From a virus (lineage: Duplodnaviria > Caudoviricetes), in IMG/VR virus record IMGVR_UViG_3300031998_000052, positions 12,631 to 76,630 of that record: a stretch of 64,000 nucleotides of DNA, one strand, 5' to 3'. Each line of letters starts with the position of its first letter. The first letter of the stretch is position 1. A program made the translations under genes and the position numbers. The notes below the pieces were generated by a model. That model was not told the DNA's origin. It worked only from the letters and a program-made list of their open reading frames with translations, and searched no databases. This document shows, one piece after another, positions 59,439 through 64,000 of this stretch.

Positions 59439-60343
59439 TCAATCATATCCCCGATGTCAGCCTTGGGCGGGATCTGTTCAATCGGGATTCCCCACTTCTC
59501 CCACCATGGCCACACCTCTCCACGCTCCTCCCACGCTATTCTGGCGTCCATATCCGGGAGCAGTAGCATCCGGTCATCCACCTCGCGGATGTTCGACTTG
59601 CCGCCGGTTGCCAGGAACCTGCGCCCGTAGAACAAACGTCCGAGAATAGCGGACTTTTCAGATTCCACGACAAAAGCCCTCATCCCATCATCCGGCAGGC
59701 AGGCCCCGAAGAAGCAGTGCTCAGAATATCCGTCCCGCACCCTATACTGGCGCCCCGGGAAGAAGTTGCGGTCACGGTGTCCATCCTCCTTATAGAAGAT
59801 GCGCTTGTCAAAAAGCACCTGGTTCTGCTGGTTGACGTACCAATAGACGCAGTTGCCGTGAGAATCGGTGGTCACATTGTATTCCTTCCAAACCTCGCGC
59901 ACCCTCTCTTCCGGGAACAGGGTACACATCCAGTTGAAAAGATTGCAGCGCTTAAGGTCATAACCCGCAGCACCATTCACAGCCTCCCATGGAACGTGCT
60001 TGATGGCCTCAACAGCCTTCTGCCTGACCTCATGGTTCCAGGTCATCGCCTGGGACTGGCCGTTAATCATCCGCATCGCCTCCTTATAGTCGGCAGCGCC
60101 GCCGTAGTTGATGAGCCACGTCTGGAGACTCATGGACGGGCCACCCTCCTCGGAAAGCCACACGGTGCCCTGACTGATGAAGATTTTGAGTTTGTCCCGG
60201 CGCCACTGGTGCTTGTCCCCGTTGAGGTAGTAGCCGCCCTCCAGTTTGTTGCCGTGCTGCGTCAGTTCCATTCCAAGCAGCTTCGGACAGTTCCTCAGCG
60301 CCTGGACCGGATCATATTCAAAGCGAAAGTGGTCTTTTCCCAT
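59414..60343 (-). CDS. Primase-like TOPRIM protein
   Basis: CFFGACL, FVVESEKSAI, LATGG, LLPDMD; start reassigned to ATG 60343. Confidence 0.75.
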   Translation of the reverse strand: MGKDHFRFEYDPVQALRNCPKLLGMELTQHGNKLEGGYYLNGDKHQWRRDKLKIFISQGTVWLSEEGGPSMSLQTWLINYGGAADYKEAMRMINGQSQAMTWNHEVRQKAVEAIKHVPWEAVNGAAGYDLKRCNLFNWMCTLFPEERVREVWKEYNVTTDSHGNCVYWYVNQQNQVLFDKRIFYKEDGHRDRNFFPGRQYRVRDGYSEHCFFGACLPDDGMRAFVVESEKSAILGRLFYGRRFLATGGKSNIREVDDRMLLLPDMDARIAWEERGEVWPWWEKWGIPIEQIPPKADIGDMIEWKQLNHK

Positions 60344-60344
60344 A

Positions 60345-61814
60345 TCAGAACGGCAGTTTATCCTCTGGAATATCATCAACAGGCAGATCGTCCTGCGCAG
60401 GCTCCCTCTCCGGCGAAATATTCTGTTCCATGTAGTACCAGATACCATCCGACCTGCGATGGCTTGCCACGCCCATCTTCTTGAACAGTTCGATGAGACT
60501 CTTCTGGTTCTTCGGTGTCTCGTTCCAGTCGTTGCAGTACCGGACGTACTCCTGCACCCATTCCCTCTTGGACTTCCAGCCGTAGCCGGTGGTACTCTGA
60601 GGAGTGGCCGCAACGTAGCCCTGGGAGTCAATCCAGCGGCGCAGGGAGTTGGCATTGTTCCGCATCTCCTCCACAACCTCCTTCACGGTTCCGGCAATGT
60701 CAATCTTGCCGCCGTTGGCTATGAAAGCCTTGTACCCATCCAGCACCCAGTTGAAGATGGCCGACTTGACCTCCGGGGCCTGGAGTTTCATTTCCAGCAT
60801 CGGGTCCTTATCCCTATCGTCAATGTGATTCGGAGCCAGGATGATGAGGAACCTGCGGAAGTAACCCTCCGTATCGTCAGTGGTCGGTGGGATGGTGTTG
60901 GCGCAGCAGAGCATCAACGGGATCTTGTCCACCTTGGTCGGCCTCTTAGAATAAGGATGACGCCCGGTAAAGGCGCCTCCAGATACAAACTGCTTGAAAT
61001 CCCCTCCTGAGAAGTCCTTGTTTGAGACCTCATCGCAGTAATTGACTATTTTTCCATTGACATCTGCCAGATGGTACTCCATCTGGCTGCTCTTGAAAAG
61101 CTGCTCCGGTGAGTAGCTGCTGGCCACATTCGGTCCCAACATGTTCACTACGGCCTTGCAGATGATACTCTTACCGTTCTGACCCTCGCCCACGACGAAG
61201 GTGATATACTCGATCTTGTACTCCGACCGGCTGGCCAGGAAGCATCCGCAATACTGATGGAAGGTCTCGCGCATGTTCTCGTCCGGGACGGTCATTCCGA
61301 GTACCTTATCCCAGAGGGCAGACTTCGCCCCGGACACGTAGTCGAAGTCCAGGATGATGTCGGTCTTGTACTTGACGTCGAACTGGTTCAGTTTCATGGT
61401 GCCCAGGTCGAAAACGCCGTTCTGGAAGCAGATATACTGGCGGTTTGGAACGAACTTGCAGCGCTCGTCTCCCTTTAGGCGGTTCAGGCAGTAATCCCTG
61501 ACAATCTTTGCACTACCAGTCTGGTACACGATACCAACGTTCTTTTTCTCCATCACCTCGATGATGATCTCCAGCATCGTCTCCTCCAGCATCAACTCAT
61601 AGTGCCTGCCGTTGAAGACGTAGAGCATCCCTTCCTCGTCCACCTTGAAGTAGTCGCATCCCTCGTCACCGTCAACACCGCAAATGTATCGACGGAACGA
61701 CTTGCAGAGACCTGCTTCCGTGCGCTTATTGACCCTCTCGTCGCTTAGACCGGCATCCTCAATCGAGGGACCGGCTGTCTCAACAAGGTAGTCAATTATG
61801 TGCTGATACTTCAA
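60345..61814 (-). CDS. D5/P4-type SF3 helicase (primase-helicase)
   Basis: GEGQNGKS Walker A, NYCDE, FKQFVSG, GYFRRFLII; probable TTG start at 61814. Confidence 0.9.
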   Translation of the reverse strand: MKYQHIIDYLVETAGPSIEDAGLSDERVNKRTEAGLCKSFRRYICGVDGDEGCDYFKVDEEGMLYVFNGRHYELMLEETMLEIIIEVMEKKNVGIVYQTGSAKIVRDYCLNRLKGDERCKFVPNRQYICFQNGVFDLGTMKLNQFDVKYKTDIILDFDYVSGAKSALWDKVLGMTVPDENMRETFHQYCGCFLASRSEYKIEYITFVVGEGQNGKSIICKAVVNMLGPNVASSYSPEQLFKSSQMEYHLADVNGKIVNYCDEVSNKDFSGGDFKQFVSGGAFTGRHPYSKRPTKVDKIPLMLCCANTIPPTTDDTEGYFRRFLIILAPNHIDDRDKDPMLEMKLQAPEVKSAIFNWVLDGYKAFIANGGKIDIAGTVKEVVEEMRNNANSLRRWIDSQGYVAATPQSTTGYGWKSKREWVQEYVRYCNDWNETPKNQKSLIELFKKMGVASHRRSDGIWYYMEQNISPEREPAQDDLPVDDIPEDKLPF

Positions 61815-61835
61815 CTTTTTGCGGTTTTTAACAAA

Positions 61836-61970
61836 AACCCCACATCCAGAGAGCACCCGTTACCGGGCATTGGCACATCTCTCTTTCAGTGGGGTTGACT
61901 TTCTGCGCTCAGCGTGCCAAAACTGAGGTTGCGGATTGCAAAGATGCAAATTTTATTCCAAACTTGCAAA
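61836..61970 (-). promoter_or_regulatory. Promoter plus kissing-loop leader RNA candidate (copy B)
   Basis: TTTG-N20-CATCTTTG; CTCAG[TTTTGGCACG]CTGAG; AACCCCAC/GTGGGGTT enclosing GAGAG[..GTGCCAA..]CTCTC. Confidence 0.6.
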
Positions 61971-61982
61971 TTGTCTATTTTG

Positions 61983-62055
61983 TAGCGGCGGCAGGGATCG
62001 AACCTGCGACTTCTCGGCTTATGAGGCCGGGCTGCTACCACTGCATCACGCCGCG
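61983..62055 (-). tRNA. tRNA with CAT anticodon (Met, fMet or Ile2)
   Basis: Cloverleaf with loop CTCATAA, GTTCGAT T-loop, C1:T72 mismatch; CCA not encoded. Confidence 0.85.
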
Positions 62056-62065
62056 ATTTTATTCT

Positions 62066-62503
62066 CTATTTTGCCGAATATCCATGTTTTACAGCATGGC
62101 AATTCGAGCATAAAACCTCAAGATTCTCAAATGAGTTGTCAAAATGGTTTCCATTTTTATGATGCAACTCAAGAGGAATTGGATGACCAATCCATTCTTT
62201 TAATCCGCAACACTCACAAACCCGCTCTTTCAGCCCATCTCGGAACAACTTATCTCTAAGTTTTGGCGCAGTCAAATAATGAGAATTATCAAAATAAAAA
62301 GATGCTGGCCTATATTTCCTGCCCTCTTTGCGAAGACCTTTACCTGATTGGTTCTTCTTTATTTCTACATTAAGAATCTCTAAATTTCCCCTTAACGTCT
62401 TATAATTCATATTAAGGCGTTTCGCAATAGCAGACAATGGAACCCCATTATCCATAAGCGTCACTATATCAGTAAGTCTTCTTTTAACAACCTCTAATTT
62501 CAT
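62066..62503 (-). CDS. Free-standing HNH endonuclease in the tRNA cluster
   Basis: CECCG...LELHHKNGNHFDN..ENLEVLCSNCH; N-terminal HTH-like segment; AT-rich; probable start ATG 62503. Confidence 0.9.
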   Translation of the reverse strand: MKLEVVKRRLTDIVTLMDNGVPLSAIAKRLNMNYKTLRGNLEILNVEIKKNQSGKGLRKEGRKYRPASFYFDNSHYLTAPKLRDKLFRDGLKERVCECCGLKEWIGHPIPLELHHKNGNHFDNSFENLEVLCSNCHAVKHGYSAK

Positions 62504-62553
62504 ATAATAAAAGTGCTGTCTTTCCAATGCTGTCACCCATGCCCGTAATTGCG

Positions 62554-62716
62554 GTAATGAACATTACTCCGGATCCGCTTTCATCCGATGCTTGCCGCTA
62601 ATTGACGGGAAGGCTATGAAATCCATCCAATCACCCACCTTGAGGGACACCAAGCATCATATTATGAGCCTAATTGACCAGGTGTTGAGAGTTGCAACCT
62701 CCGTTTTACATCCGGA
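62554..62716 (-). ncRNA. Unclassified structured RNA candidate
   Basis: TCCGGAT/ATCCGGA closing stem with several internal complementary pairs. Confidence 0.4.
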
Positions 62717-62722
62717 AACCTC

Positions 62723-62795
62723 GTGAGCGGTGGAGAATCGAACCCCGTCTCCGGTTTAACTGACCGGCGCATATAGCCACCATGCTTCCCGCTCA
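62723..62795 (-). tRNA. tRNA-Asn(GTT)-like, atypical
   Basis: 7-bp acceptor TGAGCGG/CCGCTCA, CCGGT[CAGTTAA]ACCGG; A at position 33, T-stem mismatch. Confidence 0.65.
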
Positions 62796-62836
62796 AAATA
62801 CACAAAACTTACAAAATCATCGCATCACTGCGAAAC

Positions 62837-62914
62837 TGGCTCCCGGTAGTGGAATCGAACCACTATTGCCATGTGCGATATCGCTAAGCGTCCTAACCGT
62901 TAGACGAACCGGGA
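62837..62914 (-). tRNA. tRNA-Glu-like scaffold with unpaired anticodon arm
   Basis: TCCCGGT/ACCGGGA acceptor, TCGTCTAACGGTTAGGAC D-arm, AGTGG[TTCGATT]CCACT, G73 then CCA. Confidence 0.65.
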
Positions 62915-62922
62915 GTGACTGG

Positions 62923-63785
62923 CTACATCTCAGCGAACAGAGCCTTGTAGTGCTGCTTGCACTCCTCCTCGCTCGGGAACAGGGTGTTCTCCGGAGTGTT
63001 GATGCCGTTCTTGAGGGTGTAGATGGCCACCTGCTCGTCGCAGACGTCACCCTCCTCGGTCGCGTGGACCTTGGTGGCAATGATCTTGATTCCCTGGACG
63101 GTGCTCGTCTCAATCTTCTGAGAGGCGTCATTGAAATACGACACTTTGTCGCAAACGTTGTACTTTGTTACCATAGTATGTTAAAATTTGGTTTTCTCTC
63201 TCACAAATACTGTGCCAAACTATTCGGTCACGTATTTTTCAAAGTTCACATCCTTCCTGCCCTGCGGGACATCGCCGGTCTTCCGGCTCAACTCACGGCG
63301 CATCAGGAACAGGCGGTCCATCGTCAGGTCAATCTCCTTCTTCAAGTGTTCCGGAGTCATCATCCTCGGATCGTCAGTCTGCTTCTCTGGTCCCTTCAAC
63401 ACCCTCACAACGCCCGCCAGGAGCAGTTCTTTCCGCAGTTCCTCGTCAGTCCAGCGCCAACCACCCCTCTGCTTGTTATGTAACATGTCGTTCAGGGTCT
63501 TCTCATCCCGGCCAAGAGACTGGAGTATGTCATCTACGCTCCTCTGAGCGAGTTCTTCTGCTGTCATATCTTTGCGGTTACTTTATACAGGCCGTCACCG
63601 AGGTTGCGAACCTCAATCTTAGCCTGTGGAAGGTCTATGTTCTCCTTCCAGACCTCCTTCCACATCTTTTCTTTCAGTTCCTCAAGGACCTGGGCTTTCA
63701 CGGAGGACAGTTCCTCTTCGCCACATGCTATTTTACTCACCTGCGTCATCGGTCGCAAATATACTAATAATTTCTCATTTTCCAA
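62923..63785 (-). other. Small hypothetical genes (62923-63174, 63220-63567, 63564-63785)
   Basis: Co-oriented ORFs. Confidence 0.6.
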
Positions 63786-64000
63786 TCCATTCCGTCTTAC
63801 CCATCACGACCAAAGTTCCCTCCAGTCCAGAATTCCTAAGGGCTTCGACATTTTGGTACCCGTAGGCCACAAGGGCAGAATCGCACCCGGCGCTTCCTCC
63901 CGGGGCCCCATCAGGAAGGCAGAATCGCACCCGGCGCCGGAGAAATAGGATGGCGTCTGCCTTCGGCAGCACGCTCTCCTGCCACACCTTGTTACCAGTC
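63775..64000 (-). CDS. C-terminus of a phage DNA N6-adenine methyltransferase (partial)
   Basis: ILFLRRRVRFCLPDG..GGSAGCDSALVAYG resembles phage Dam C-termini; runs off the window edge. Confidence 0.65.
   Translation of the reverse strand, partial: TGNKVWQESVLPKADAILFLRRRVRFCLPDGAPGGSAGCDSALVAYGYQNVEALRNSGLEGTLVVMGKTEWIGK

Larger units (their letters stand above)
1..64000. mobile_element. Segment of a Bacteroidota siphovirus-like phage/prophage genome
   Basis: Terminase, portal, capsid, tail tube, 2113-aa tape measure, amidase, D5-type helicase, tRNAs and dense small ORFs; no host housekeeping genes seen. Confidence 0.95.

Noticed and set aside
62056-62720. Group I intron carrying the HNH
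   Set aside because: No P7-type core motifs; only 10 nt between the HNH stop and the next tRNA; no interrupted gene
62660-62722. HDV-like (theta) ribozyme after the tRNA
   Set aside because: Could not build P1/P3/P1.1 pairings or the catalytic C junction by hand; a covariance search is still worthwhile
1-64000. CRISPR array or stop-codon recoding
   Set aside because: No regularly spaced repeats seen; core genes are full-length in the standard code, TAG is used as a stop, and there is no suppressor tRNA

Overview
This 64 kb window is part of a tailed (siphovirus-type) phage or prophage of a Bacteroidota host. The host assignment rests on repeated TTTG-N20-TAnnTTTG sigmaA-type promoters and on Bacteroidales-phage-like gene content. 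Layout: small early/accessory genes on + (1-17.0 kb); an unexplained six-gene module, lysis genes, tail/DGR region, tape measure and head genes on - (17.1-47.4 kb); an oppositely oriented terminase-portal pair on + (47.5-50.9 kb); and replication/recombination genes plus a tRNA cluster on - (51-64 kb). The main find is a diversity-generating retroelement (DGR). One 111-bp template repeat (25113-25223, -) matches two variable repeats: one in the adjacent tail protein and one 18 kb away, on the opposite strand, in a small early-region gene next to a serine recombinase. The RT gene has lost its catalytic core through an internal deletion, and the 5' part of the template appears to have been mutated at former adenines. 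Other leads: a candidate virion-glycosylation system (GT-A-like gene inside the tail operon plus Gly/Ser tails on capsid and tail-tube proteins), two leader RNAs sharing a kissing-loop architecture with different loop sequences, a tRNA with a scrambled anticodon arm, and a -1 frameshift in the tail chaperone. All alignments and pairings were done by eye. Protein labels come from motif recognition and gene order, not database searches.
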